From NCBI GenBank assembly GCA_965203055.1, contig OZ241863.1:736001-800000 (forward strand): a DNA stretch of 64,000 bases, in the 5' to 3' direction. A program made the translations under genes and the position numbers. The notes under the pieces are model-generated. The model saw nothing but the letters and a program-made list of their open reading frames with translations, searched no databases and was not told the DNA's origin. The first letter of the stretch is position 1. Each line of letters begins with the position of its first letter. Below, piece after piece: positions 23,536 through 33,636 of this stretch. Origin of the DNA: Spirochaetia bacterium (GTDB taxonomy: Bacteria; Spirochaetota; Spirochaetia; SZUA-6; Bin103).

Positions 23536-24338
23536 GCCCCCTCGGGGCCGAGGAAGTCGACGCGGCGCCCGTCGATGAGGATCTGCACCAGCTCCACGCC
23601 GGGGAATTCGGTGGCCGAGAACACGAGCTGCTGGAGTTGCGCGGCGCTGCCCTCGCGGCCGAGAGGATTGAAGCGGAAGCTCTCGCTGACGTCGACGTAG
23701 GCGATCCGTTCGTCCACGTAGACCCGATGCAAGGTCACGGCCGGAGGGATCATCGTGATCAGGCCCTGGTCCAGTTCGCTCGGGTCGGGGCCGGCAAAGA
23801 GAGTCCTCAAGGTTTCGGTCAGGGGCGACGAGGAAGCGTCGATGATGCGGGTCACGCCGGTGATCTTGATTGCGCCGGCGTCATTCACCGCGGCGAAGAA
23901 CAGCCGCCGCTGCCTGGCGTCGGGCGCGCGCCGCGCGGGCGCGTCCGGCGCTGCCGGCGCGCTTGGCGGCGCCGGGTCGGCCGCGGGCCGCGGCGGGGCC
24001 GCTACCTGCGGCGCGGGGGCGCGCCGGGTGGTGGCCGGCGCCCCGGTAGCGCTCACTGCCGGAGGCGCCGGAGGCGCCGGCGCCTCCGGCGTCTGCGGGG
24101 CGCGTCCCACCGCGTGGTCGACGCTGCGCTGCAGGATCGCCGGCAACTCGGTGCGGTCGATCACCGCGTGCATGCCGGCGCGGTTGAAGAGGAACACCAC
24201 CAGGATGAACAGGATCAGGGTGGTCCAGATCATGACGCCGAGCGGCGCCTTCCGTTGGGAAGCGGTGCGACGGGCAGGGCCGCGGGCGTTCTTGCGGGTC
24301 TTCTTGCGCGCCATTCCGACATCTTCATAGATCGGCAT
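23478..24338 (-). CDS. GerMN-domain membrane protein (start possibly ATG 24314)
   Basis: N-terminal TM, Pro-rich linker, L.AGP...IP...AYVD.SESF...QLVFSATEFPGV..VQILIDG pattern. Confidence 0.8.
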   Translation of the reverse strand: MPIYEDVGMARKKTRKNARGPARRTASQRKAPLGVMIWTTLILFILVVFLFNRAGMHAVIDRTELPAILQRSVDHAVGRAPQTPEAPAPPAPPAVSATGAPATTRRAPAPQVAAPPRPAADPAPPSAPAAPDAPARRAPDARQRRLFFAAVNDAGAIKITGVTRIIDASSSPLTETLRTLFAGPDPSELDQGLITMIPPAVTLHRVYVDERIAYVDVSESFRFNPLGREGSAAQLQQLVFSATEFPGVELVQILIDGRRVDFLGPEGAYIGDPLSRAAVAAGPPAP

Positions 24339-24413
24339 TGCGGCATCCGGCGTTGAACGAGCGCCACGCCGTTGACCTGCCGGCGGCGTGTGTGATGGGC
24401 TGCAGGCAGCACT

Positions 24414-25751
24414 ATGTCAGCTACCCAGCCGCGCCCGCTGGTGGTCATCCTGGGCCGCCCGAACGTGGGAAAATCGACCCTCTTCAACCGCTTGCTGGCG
24501 CGCCGTCGAGCCATTACCGCCGCTGCCCCGGGGGTGACCCGCGACGTGGTGGAGGAGCATGCGGCGCTCGGCGGGATTGCGGCGCGGCTGGTAGACACCG
24601 GCGGTATCGCAGCCGCGCCCGACCGCCTCGGGCGCACGGTGGGGGAGCGCGCCGCGGAGGCTGCGCAGAGCGCGGCCGCGGTGCTGCTGGTGGTGGATGC
24701 CGGCGGCCTGACGCCCGAGGATGAGCAGCTTGCGGAGCGGTTGCGGGCGCTGAGCGACCGGGTGATCCTGGTAGTGAACAAGGTGGACCACGCCGCGCGG
24801 GACCCCGCGGTGTGGGATTGCTACCGGCTGGGCTACCAGCCGGTAGTCGGCGTGTCGGCCGCGCACGGGCGCAACATGGCCAATCTTCACGCGGCGCTGG
24901 CGGACCTCCTGCGCCGGTATCGGGGCGAGCCGGCGCCGCCCGCGGCTTCCCCGGCGCTGCGCCTGGCGCTTGCCGGCAAGCCCAACACGGGCAAGTCCAC
25001 GCTGCTCAATCGACTGCTCGGCGAGGAGCGGGCCCTGGTCGACGCCGCGCCCGGCACCACCCGCGATCCGCTGGCCGGGCGCATCACCCATGCCGGCGCC
25101 GCGCTCGAAGTGATCGACACCGCGGGGATGCGGCGCCGTTCCAAGGTAGCCAGCGACGTGGAGTACTATGCGGTAAACCGCACGGCCGCGCTGCTGGGGC
25201 AGGTGGACGTCGCCGTGCTGCTGGTGGATGCGAGCACCGGTCTGGCGGAGCAGGACAAGCGCATCGCCGCAGTTGCGATCCGCCGCGGCGTGGCGGTGCT
25301 GGTGGCGCTGGGCAAGTGGGACTTGCTGGCCGAGCAGCCGAACCTCCTGCAGGCGATGATCGATCGGATCCGGTTCCAGTTTCCGGTCATGCGCTTTGCC
25401 CCGGTGCTGCCGGTGTCGGGCCGCACCGGGTACGGCGTGCAACCGCTGCTCACCAAAGTGGTGGCGCTGCAGCGCCAGCTCCGGCGCACCGTGCCCACGG
25501 CGAAGCTCAACCAGGCGCTGGCGCGCTGGGCTCAGGAGTACGTGCCGACGGTGCGCGGGCGCGAGGTCCGCGTGCGCTACGCAACCCAGACCGGCAGCAA
25601 TCCGGTACGCTTCGTGTGCTTTCTCAACCAGATACGGGGGGTAGGCGCAAGCTATCGTCGATTTCTGGAGAACCGCATTCGCAGCGAGTTCGGTTTCCCC
25701 GAGGTGCCGCTGAGCGTGGAACTGCGCCCCAGTTCCGGGCGGGCGCGGTGA
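24414..25751 (+). CDS. der: Ribosome biogenesis GTPase Der (EngA)
   Basis: Two GTPase domains (GRPNVGKS/DTGG/NKVD and GKPNTGKS/DTAG) and a KH-like tail. Confidence 0.96.
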   Translation: MSATQPRPLVVILGRPNVGKSTLFNRLLARRRAITAAAPGVTRDVVEEHAALGGIAARLVDTGGIAAAPDRLGRTVGERAAEAAQSAAAVLLVVDAGGLTPEDEQLAERLRALSDRVILVVNKVDHAARDPAVWDCYRLGYQPVVGVSAAHGRNMANLHAALADLLRRYRGEPAPPAASPALRLALAGKPNTGKSTLLNRLLGEERALVDAAPGTTRDPLAGRITHAGAALEVIDTAGMRRRSKVASDVEYYAVNRTAALLGQVDVAVLLVDASTGLAEQDKRIAAVAIRRGVAVLVALGKWDLLAEQPNLLQAMIDRIRFQFPVMRFAPVLPVSGRTGYGVQPLLTKVVALQRQLRRTVPTAKLNQALARWAQEYVPTVRGREVRVRYATQTGSNPVRFVCFLNQIRGVGASYRRFLENRIRSEFGFPEVPLSVELRPSSGRAR

Positions 25752-27157
25752 GCGGTCCCGTTGCCGCGCTGCGCGCCACCCTCGAGCAGCACGGCCAGGG
25801 CCATCTGTTCGCCGGCTGGGAGCAGCGTTCGCCGGCCCGGCGGCAGCGTCTGATCGAGTCGCTGGCCGAGCTGGACGTGGCGCGCGTGCGGCGCCTGCAG
25901 GAGCTGCTGCGGCAGGGAACGGGCGCTGCCGCGACCGGCCGCGCCGCGCCCGCGGAGCTGGAGCCGGCCCCGGTGCAGGTTCCGTCCGCGGCGGCCGCGC
26001 GGCGCCTGGCCGCGCGCGGCCGGGAGCAGCTCGCGCGCGGTTCCTGCGCCTTGCTTACCGTTGCCGGCGGCCAGGGCACGCGCCTCGGATTCGACGCCCC
26101 CAAGGGATTGTTCCCGGTCACCCCGATTCGCCGCGCAACGCTGTTCCAGGTGTTCGCGGAGCAGCTGCTGGCGGCGCGCGCGGCCAGCGGCGCCGCCATT
26201 CCCTGGTTCATCATGACCAGTCCGCTCAATCACGCCGCCACCGCGCGGTACTTCGCGGAGCAGCGTTACTTTGGACTGCCGGAAGCTGAGGTGCGGCTGT
26301 TCCCGCAGGGGGCCAATCCGGTGCTCTCCGCCGCCGGCGACCTGCTGCTCGCTCCCGCCGGCGGGCTGCTGCTGAGCCCGGACGGCGCCGGCGGCGTGCT
26401 CGCCGCATTGCAGCGCGCCGGGTTGATCGATGAGGCGCGCCGCCGCGGCGTCGCCCATCTGTTCTACTTCCAGGTGGACAACCCGCTGGTGACGGCGCCC
26501 GACGCCGCCTTCCTCGGCGCCCACCTGGAGGCCGGTTCCCGGTTTTCCACCAAGGTGGTAGCCAAGCTCCACGCCGGCGAGCGAGTGGGCGTGGCGGCGT
26601 TGGCGGGGGGGCGGCCGAGCATCGTGGAGTACTCGGACATCGATCCGGCGCTGGCCGCCCAACGCACCCCGCAGGGCGAGCTGCGATTCCGTTACGGGTC
26701 GATCGCCATTCACCTCATCGACGTGGAGTTCGCCGCGGCCCAGGCCGCCGCCCTGCCGATTCATCTGGCGCGCAAGAAGCAGCCGGTCCTGCTCCCGCAG
26801 GCCGCGCCCGGCGCGGCCGCGGCGGAGCTTGAGGTGGTCAAGTTCGAGCAGTTCGTATTCGACGTCATACCGCGCGCCGAACGCGCCCTGTTCTATGCCG
26901 TCGAACGGGCCGAGGAGTTCGCGCCGCTGAAGAACCGCCGCGGCGCCGATTCGATCGCCACCTGCAGGGCCGGGCAGATTGCGCGCGCCCGCCGCTGGCT
27001 GCAGCGCTGCGGCGTGGAAGTCGCCGAGCGCGCCCGCGACGGGACGCCGCTGGCGGTGGAGATCACTGCGCGGTACGCCCCCGACGTAACGACCCTGCAG
27101 CAATGCCTCCCGGCTGCCGTTACTAGGATCGACGACCACACCCTGCTGGACCGCTGA
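25748..27157 (+). CDS. UDP-N-acetylglucosamine/UDP-sugar pyrophosphorylase (UAP1-like UDPGP family)
   Basis: AGGQGTRLG..PKG, SPDGAGG, QVDNPL, VEYSD, KFEQFVFD, EEFAPLKN; GTG overlaps the der stop. Confidence 0.9.
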   Translation: MSGPVAALRATLEQHGQGHLFAGWEQRSPARRQRLIESLAELDVARVRRLQELLRQGTGAAATGRAAPAELEPAPVQVPSAAAARRLAARGREQLARGSCALLTVAGGQGTRLGFDAPKGLFPVTPIRRATLFQVFAEQLLAARAASGAAIPWFIMTSPLNHAATARYFAEQRYFGLPEAEVRLFPQGANPVLSAAGDLLLAPAGGLLLSPDGAGGVLAALQRAGLIDEARRRGVAHLFYFQVDNPLVTAPDAAFLGAHLEAGSRFSTKVVAKLHAGERVGVAALAGGRPSIVEYSDIDPALAAQRTPQGELRFRYGSIAIHLIDVEFAAAQAAALPIHLARKKQPVLLPQAAPGAAAAELEVVKFEQFVFDVIPRAERALFYAVERAEEFAPLKNRRGADSIATCRAGQIARARRWLQRCGVEVAERARDGTPLAVEITARYAPDVTTLQQCLPAAVTRIDDHTLLDR

Positions 27158-27275
27158 GCCACGCCCCCGACGGGAGCGGCTCAGGCGGGCGCCCGTCAGG
27201 GGTGGATTACTGGGGAGGGCAAGTCTGCGTTCGCGTGCCGCGCTCCGCGTTACCGCGCCCGCAGCGACTACTATC

Positions 27276-30257
27276 GTGCAGTCATCACCCGCCGGTTCCG
27301 CCGTCCGCCGAGTCAGCCCGCGCGGCGCAGACCGTACTGTCTTCCGCTGGCTGACCGCCATCTTTGCCGCCGTTGCCTTGCAGGCCGGCGCCGCCAGCGC
27401 CGAGCGCGACCTGTTCAATGAGGCCGAGCAGCGGTTCCGCGGCGGCAATTACGCGTTTGCCCTGGAGGCGTACCAGGACTTCCTCGAGCGCTACCCGCTC
27501 TCGGAACTGAACGCCGACGCTACCTACCGGGTCGGCGTGACGCAGACGCAGCTCGGCCGCTATCACGACGCGCTCGCCACCTTCGAGGAGGTGCAGGTGC
27601 GCCACCGCGGCACCCGCTACCTGCCGTTCGTGAACTTCTGGGCCGGGGTTTCGCTGTACGAACTGGAACAGTTCGATCGTGCGTCGGCCAGCCTGGGGGC
27701 GTTCGTCGCCGAGTCAGATGACCCCGACCTGGTTCCCCGGGCGCTGCTCTATCTTGCCCTGGCGGACGTCGCGATCGGCGATCTGAACGGCGCGGCGGAG
27801 GCTCTGGAACGGCTGCAGGAACCGGCGGGGGCTGCCGGTTCGAGCGAGTTCGGCACCGTGCTGCTCGGCTACGTGTACGCGGTGCAGGGGCGCCACGACG
27901 AGCTGCTGCGGCTGATCGAGCAGCGCCCGCCGGAAGCGATCGACCTGCGCTGGCGGTTCCAGTACCTGGCCTACCGCGCGGAGGCGTATTGGCAGCAGGA
28001 ACGGTACCCCGAGGCGGAAGCCGACTACCTCGCCATCGTGGAGGCCGAGGAAGTGGATGACGGCATCGCTGCCGTCGCCCTGCGCAGGTTGTTCATCGTC
28101 GCCGAGCGGCGCGGCGACTTCGATCAGATGGACTCGGCGACGCTGCGCGCCGAGTGGCGCTTTCGCGAGTCGCCGCAGCAACTCGCCAACTTCTGGCTGC
28201 GCCTCGGCATCGAGAACCACCGGCGCGGCAGTCATGAGCTGGCGCGCTTCTTCCTGAAGCGCGCCGCCGAGCTGGGCGTCAACAGCGAGGTGGGCGATGC
28301 CGCGGTCCTGTATCTGGCCGAGACCTACTTGAGCGAATCTGACGCGGACAGCCTGCAGGAAGCGGCGCAGGTGCTGGCTGCGAACCAGGAGCGCGGCGGC
28401 GACCGCTGGCCGGTGGTGCTGCGTCTCGGCGACGTGCTGCTGCGCCAGGAAGATTATGCCGGGGCCGCGCAGCAGTACGAGAGCTTCGTCACCACCGCGG
28501 CCGCCGACCCCGACAGCGACCCCGCGGAAGTGGCGCACGCGCGCTACCTGCTGGCCTACGCCCAGTACCGGCAGGGGAGCTACCACCAGGCGCTGCGGCA
28601 GGTGCGTGCGATCACCGCGCAGTCTGACGGCGGCCCGCGCATGGGCGATCTGCGGCGGCTGGAAACGGTGCTGCTGTGGCGCACCGGCGACACCGCGGAG
28701 GCGGAGCGCAGCGCCCGCGATTACGTGGATCGGTTCCCCGATGACATTCCGGCGCGGGTGGACCACATGCGCCTGTTGTACCGTCTGGAGCAGTGGCAGG
28801 ATCTGCTGGCCGCGGCCGGCGCGCTCGCCGAGCGCGTGCCGGCGCTGCGCTCGCGCGCGCCGCGCGCCTTCGTACTGACCTCCTATCTCAGGGGGTTGGC
28901 CTACGTGGCGCGCGGCGAGCACGCCGCGGCCGCCGACGCCCTGGCCGCGGTGACGCGCGACGTGGCGGAACGCCAGGGGCTCGGCAACATCGTGCCCTAC
29001 GCGCAGTACTACCGCGCCGCGGCGCACTTTCGCCAAGGGGCGTACGCGGTGGCCGGCGACCTGCTGGAAGAACTGGACCGGCAGTATCCGGGCCATGACC
29101 TGCAATACCACACCGCGTTCCTCGCCGGTCAGGCGGCCTTCAGTACCGCCAACTACGTGGCCGCGGCGGTGGCGTTTACCCGCGCGGCCGGCGATGACCA
29201 ACCGCGCGCCGCGCGGGCCGGGCTGTTCGCCGGCCGCAGCCGGGCCAATGCCGGCGACCTGGGCGGCGCGGAGCGGCAGTACCGCGAGGTGGCGGCGCGC
29301 TTTCCCGACTCCGAGGCGGCGGCCGACGCGACCTTCGAGCTGGCCGGGGTGCTGGCATTGGATGGACGCCTGCAGGCCGCCGAACGCGCTTACGGCGACG
29401 TGGCGTCCCAGTATCCGGCCAGTCCGCTGGCGGAGGACGCCGCGTTCCGCCGGGCGGAGCTGTTGTTGGAGCAGGATTCGGCGGCCGCGGCGCGAGATGC
29501 GTTCGCCCGCTACCGCAACGACCATCCGGATGGCCGCTTCCGCGACGGCGCGCTGTACTGGGGCGGGGTGGCGAGCAGCCGCGCCGGCGAGCCGCTGCGC
29601 GCCATCCTGTTGTGGGAGCTGCTGATCGACGAGTTTCCCGACAGCACGTTCCGCCCCAACGCGCTGCTGCAGGCCGCGGAAGGCTACGCGGCTCAGGATG
29701 ACCATCAGCCGGCCATCGCCTACCTCGGCGAGCTGGCCGGGCGGTACGGCGATGAGCCGGTGGGCCGACTCGGCGAGGCGCGGCTGCGGGAACTGCGGCT
29801 GGTGGCGTCCGGCGCGTCCGAGGAGGAAGCGTCGCTGATGGCGGCTATCGGCGCCGGCGGCGTGGATACCCGCAGCGGCCGGGAAGCGATGTTGGAACTG
29901 GCCAGAATCTACGTGTCCGACGTGGATCAGCCGAAGGCGTTGGCGCTGGCGATGTTGATCGACGTGGCCGAGCACGAAGCCGACCCCGAGACCGCGGCGC
30001 AGGCTGAGTTTCTGGCCGGCGAGTATCACCGCCGCATCGGCGATCCGGTGTCGGCCACCGATCACTATCTGGAAGCGGCGCTGCTGGCCGACGGCAATCG
30101 CGAGTTGATGGCCCGGTCGATGGTGCGCGCCGCCGAGGTGCTGCTGGTGATCGGGCGGCGCGCCGAAGCCGCCGGTCTGGTGGAGCGCCTGGAAGATTCG
30201 TTTCCCGGCAGCGACTGGGCGCGGCAGGCGGCAGACCTGCTGCGGGAGGATAGCTGA
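27276..30257 (+). CDS. Large secreted tetratricopeptide-repeat protein
   Basis: Signal-peptide-like segment followed by many TPR-like units of the YP.S..A..A.Y..G type; 993 aa. Confidence 0.85.
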   Translation: MQSSPAGSAVRRVSPRGADRTVFRWLTAIFAAVALQAGAASAERDLFNEAEQRFRGGNYAFALEAYQDFLERYPLSELNADATYRVGVTQTQLGRYHDALATFEEVQVRHRGTRYLPFVNFWAGVSLYELEQFDRASASLGAFVAESDDPDLVPRALLYLALADVAIGDLNGAAEALERLQEPAGAAGSSEFGTVLLGYVYAVQGRHDELLRLIEQRPPEAIDLRWRFQYLAYRAEAYWQQERYPEAEADYLAIVEAEEVDDGIAAVALRRLFIVAERRGDFDQMDSATLRAEWRFRESPQQLANFWLRLGIENHRRGSHELARFFLKRAAELGVNSEVGDAAVLYLAETYLSESDADSLQEAAQVLAANQERGGDRWPVVLRLGDVLLRQEDYAGAAQQYESFVTTAAADPDSDPAEVAHARYLLAYAQYRQGSYHQALRQVRAITAQSDGGPRMGDLRRLETVLLWRTGDTAEAERSARDYVDRFPDDIPARVDHMRLLYRLEQWQDLLAAAGALAERVPALRSRAPRAFVLTSYLRGLAYVARGEHAAAADALAAVTRDVAERQGLGNIVPYAQYYRAAAHFRQGAYAVAGDLLEELDRQYPGHDLQYHTAFLAGQAAFSTANYVAAAVAFTRAAGDDQPRAARAGLFAGRSRANAGDLGGAERQYREVAARFPDSEAAADATFELAGVLALDGRLQAAERAYGDVASQYPASPLAEDAAFRRAELLLEQDSAAAARDAFARYRNDHPDGRFRDGALYWGGVASSRAGEPLRAILLWELLIDEFPDSTFRPNALLQAAEGYAAQDDHQPAIAYLGELAGRYGDEPVGRLGEARLRELRLVASGASEEEASLMAAIGAGGVDTRSGREAMLELARIYVSDVDQPKALALAMLIDVAEHEADPETAAQAEFLAGEYHRRIGDPVSATDHYLEAALLADGNRELMARSMVRAAEVLLVIGRRAEAAGLVERLEDSFPGSDWARQAADLLREDS

Positions 30258-30259
30258 GC

Positions 30260-32044
30260 ATGACGCGGCGACGATGGCACCGCGCCGGCAGCCGGGTAGT
30301 CGGCGGCAGTCTGGCGTGGATCATGTTGCTCGCCGCCCCGGCGAGCCGGGTGGCAAGCCAGCAGGACGTGAGCCAGGTGGAGGACGAGGACATCGTCCTG
30401 CCGACGGTGGTCCTGGAGTTGGACGAGCCGACCTCGGGCGGCCTGGAGGTGGCGCTGCCGGTCGACATCCAGGTAGGGACGCCGGAGCTCTGGCCGCCGC
30501 TGCCGGAGGCGAGCGAGCTGGACATCGACCTGCGCACCGCGGTGGCCGCGCCGGCCATGGAGTTCGCGCGCGGCGGCGGCGAGGGGCTGGCGGACACGCT
30601 GGCGGCGGAGACCTACGTCAGAATCGGTACCACCATCGGCGACACCACCACCGGCGCGCTGAATCAATTGGACAGCGGCCTGTCGGTACTCGGGACCGGA
30701 GCGGACAGCGACTTCTCGCTGGCGTTCACCCACAGTCTGCGGGATGGGGTGCGCAATCACCGGCGTCCCGGCGAGGGCGCCAACGCCCAGCGCTACGCCG
30801 TTTCAGGTTCGGTGGCGCTCGGCGGCCAGTTCGAAGCCGAGGCCAGCATGGTCAACTCCGAACAGGGATTCGGGGCGCTGTGCAAGAAAGGCGAATACGA
30901 AAGCACCGACGTCTGCGGCATGGACGGGTATCAGCCGAAGGAGATCGCCGAGTCGGAGCGCCGCAACTCGGCCGAGTCGCAGGCGGTGGCGGTTGCGGCC
31001 AGCTATCGCATTCCGCTCGGCGACCGGTTGCAACTCACCCCCGCGGTGGACGCGCAGGCCGCGTCGACCACCTTGACCGGGCGCGACGCCGAGACCCACT
31101 CCGAGCTGTCGGCGGCGCCGGAGCTGGTGCTCGACTGGGACCTGGAGCCGGTCGACTTGCAGATCAGAGGCCGCTATCTGGTGCGGCGCTACGAGGAGTT
31201 GGGACGCGCCCAAGAGGAGGCCACCACCCGGCACCGGGGGCAGGCGGACGTTACCGGCAGCGTCGACCTGGGCGGTCAGATGGGGTTGGAACTGTCGCTC
31301 GGTTGGTCCTACAGCACCGATGAGAACGCGCAAGAGAAGTTCGGCGGCAACCGCTTCGTGCCGCAGGCTGCGGTCAGCGGGACTCCGGCCTCCTGGTTCA
31401 CCTTCCGGCTGGCGGGCGGCTTGGAGGTGCGCGAGCTCGGAGTGGCGTCGATCACCGAACGCTACCGCTACGTGGAACCGGACCGGGTTCTCGACGACGA
31501 AGGCTGGTTCGCGTTCGGCCGCGCCCAGTTCGGACTGGGCGAGCTGGTCGGGCTGAGCGAGTTGGCGGTGGTGGCCACCACCCGGCTGGCCACCCACTCG
31601 TTCGCCCTGACGCCGGCCGCGAAGTCGAACACGCGGAACCTGTACGACCTGCAGCAAGACGAGGTTAAGCTGAGCGTGGTGCCGGGCCTGGGTCTGAGCC
31701 TGGGATTCGGCGAAGTCCTGGAGATCCGCGCCAACGTCAGCGGCGAATTGATGGAAGACGCCCCCCAATTTGCGCCCAATTTGCGCTCGGAATTGGAGGT
31801 GGAGGCGTATACCGCGGACGGCGGGCTGGGGGTGCGGCTCAACGCCGCCCTGGACAGCGTGCCGGCCCTCGGTGGGCTGCAGGTGCCGGAGGTGGATATC
31901 GAGGGCCTCTGGCGGCAGGGTCCGGCGACGATAACCCTGGGCCTGACCGACATCATCGAGATCGCAAATTCGCCGCGCAAGGATTGGGCGCCCTATCTGC
32001 GGCCCGGATTCGGCGCTGCGGTATCGGTGCAGTTGGCGTTGTAG
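30260..32044 (+). CDS. Secreted protein, possibly an outer-membrane beta-barrel or TonB-system receptor
   Basis: Signal peptide, many alternating beta-strand-like segments; directly precedes exbB-exbD-tonB. Confidence 0.55.
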   Translation: MTRRRWHRAGSRVVGGSLAWIMLLAAPASRVASQQDVSQVEDEDIVLPTVVLELDEPTSGGLEVALPVDIQVGTPELWPPLPEASELDIDLRTAVAAPAMEFARGGGEGLADTLAAETYVRIGTTIGDTTTGALNQLDSGLSVLGTGADSDFSLAFTHSLRDGVRNHRRPGEGANAQRYAVSGSVALGGQFEAEASMVNSEQGFGALCKKGEYESTDVCGMDGYQPKEIAESERRNSAESQAVAVAASYRIPLGDRLQLTPAVDAQAASTTLTGRDAETHSELSAAPELVLDWDLEPVDLQIRGRYLVRRYEELGRAQEEATTRHRGQADVTGSVDLGGQMGLELSLGWSYSTDENAQEKFGGNRFVPQAAVSGTPASWFTFRLAGGLEVRELGVASITERYRYVEPDRVLDDEGWFAFGRAQFGLGELVGLSELAVVATTRLATHSFALTPAAKSNTRNLYDLQQDEVKLSVVPGLGLSLGFGEVLEIRANVSGELMEDAPQFAPNLRSELEVEAYTADGGLGVRLNAALDSVPALGGLQVPEVDIEGLWRQGPATITLGLTDIIEIANSPRKDWAPYLRPGFGAAVSVQLAL

Positions 32045-32074
32045 AGCGCGCGCCAAGCAACCGAGCATAAGAAG

Positions 32075-33211
32075 GTGGAGACGACCGCTATGGAGTTCAT
32101 TTCGCTGGAGTTCATCCAGCTACAGCTGATCCAGAAGGGCGGCGTGGTGATGATGTTGATCGTCCTGCTGTCAATCATCGCCGCCGTAATCGTGATCGAA
32201 CGCCTGCTCTACTTCCGCAGCCGGCGCGCCGACGAGCAGAAGCTGCTGCAGCGCCTCACGGCGACGCTCCGCAAGGGGCACTACGAGGAGGCGCTCGCGA
32301 TCTGCGAAGATCATCCCTCGGCCCTCGCGTCGATGATGCAGGTGGGGGTCAACCATCGCCACGCCTCCACGAGCGAGCTGCGGGAGGTGATCCTGGATGC
32401 CGCCAACATGGAGATCCCCAAAGAGGAGCGGTTTCTCTCGGCGCTCGGCACCATCGCCCACATCGCGCCGCTGCTGGGTCTGCTCGGCACCGTCACCGGT
32501 AACATCCAGGCCTTCGGGGTACTGGGAGACATGGGATCGGTTGCCGACGCCTCGCTGCTGTCGCGCGGCATCTCCGAGGCGCTGCTGACCACCGCGGCCG
32601 GCATCATCGTCTCGATGCCGGCGATCATCTTCTACAACTTCCTGGTCAGCAAGGTGAGTCACCGCATGATCCGCCTGGAGCATCGCGTCAGCGAGCTGGT
32701 GGCGATGCTGGTGGCGGCCGAGCAGGCTGCCGAGGCGGCGCCGGGCGCGGCCGAGAGCGGGCAACCCGCCGCCGCGCCGGCGGCGGCCGCCCGGGCGGCG
32801 GGCGCGGAAGCCGACGCGCAGCAACCCGCCCCGGCGCCCGCGCGGCCGGAGCCGGCGGGCGCGCAACCGGGCCCCGCGGCGCCCCATCCGGCGCCCCAAC
32901 CCGCGGCGCCGCAGCCGGGCGTGACGATTCCGCAACCGCAACCGCAACCGGGCTACGCGCTGCCGCAGCCGGGCTACGCGGCCCCGCAACCGGGAGTGGC
33001 GGCTCCGCCTCCGGGTATGGCGCCGCAACCGGGCGTCGTACCGCAGCCGGGCTACGCGATCCCGAACCCCGGAGTGGCGCTGGCCCAATCCGCGGCCGCG
33101 GCGCCGCAGCCCGGGGTGGCGGCCCAACCCGGAATGCCGGCGGCCCATCCGGGTATTGCCGCGGCCCCGAACGGCGCCGCGGCGCCCCGCCAGCCGGCGG
33201 CGGTCAGGTGA
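32075..33211 (+). CDS. exbB: MotA/TolQ/ExbB proton-channel protein with a Pro/Gln/Ala-rich C-terminal tail
   Basis: IAPLLGLLGTVTG.I..F...GISEAL.TTAAG motif. Confidence 0.88.
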   Translation: METTAMEFISLEFIQLQLIQKGGVVMMLIVLLSIIAAVIVIERLLYFRSRRADEQKLLQRLTATLRKGHYEEALAICEDHPSALASMMQVGVNHRHASTSELREVILDAANMEIPKEERFLSALGTIAHIAPLLGLLGTVTGNIQAFGVLGDMGSVADASLLSRGISEALLTTAAGIIVSMPAIIFYNFLVSKVSHRMIRLEHRVSELVAMLVAAEQAAEAAPGAAESGQPAAAPAAAARAAGAEADAQQPAPAPARPEPAGAQPGPAAPHPAPQPAAPQPGVTIPQPQPQPGYALPQPGYAAPQPGVAAPPPGMAPQPGVVPQPGYAIPNPGVALAQSAAAAPQPGVAAQPGMPAAHPGIAAAPNGAAAPRQPAAVR

Positions 33212-33636
33212 AGGCGCGCCGCGGCCTGAAGCCGCAGACCAGCGTCAACCTGGTGCCGATGATCGACGTGGTGTTCCAGCTCGTCATCTTCTTCATGGTT
33301 TCCACCACCTTCAAGGTGGTGCCCGGCATCGAGCTGGATCTGCCCGCTTCGAAGACCGCCGAGCCGGTCGCCTTGACGCCGCTGGTGCTCTCCATCGGCG
33401 ACCGCGACGAGATCTACGTGAATGAACGCCAGGTGACCATCGGCAACCTGGACGCCGCCGTGCGCGAAAATATCGGCGGCGAACCGCCGGATGAGCATCC
33501 GGTGGTAATCGAGGGCGATGCTTCGGTGCCCTACGACCTGATGATAGACGTACTTGACGTGCTGCGGGTACTCGGCTTCCAGAACATGAGCCTGCGCACC
33601 CGGGATCGGAACGCGCCGCTTCCCGGGAGGTCATGA
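33208..33636 (+). CDS. exbD: ExbD/TolR biopolymer transport protein
   Basis: NLVPMIDVVFQLVIFFMV...LDLP...IEGD. Confidence 0.92.
   Translation: MKARRGLKPQTSVNLVPMIDVVFQLVIFFMVSTTFKVVPGIELDLPASKTAEPVALTPLVLSIGDRDEIYVNERQVTIGNLDAAVRENIGGEPPDEHPVVIEGDASVPYDLMIDVLDVLRVLGFQNMSLRTRDRNAPLPGRS

Noticed and set aside
16092..30065. Long antisense ORFs (e.g. 16092-17894, 20565-22724, 25652-27448, 27714-30065)
   Set aside because: Shadow ORFs typical of high-GC DNA, lying opposite well-identified genes and lacking recognisable motifs.
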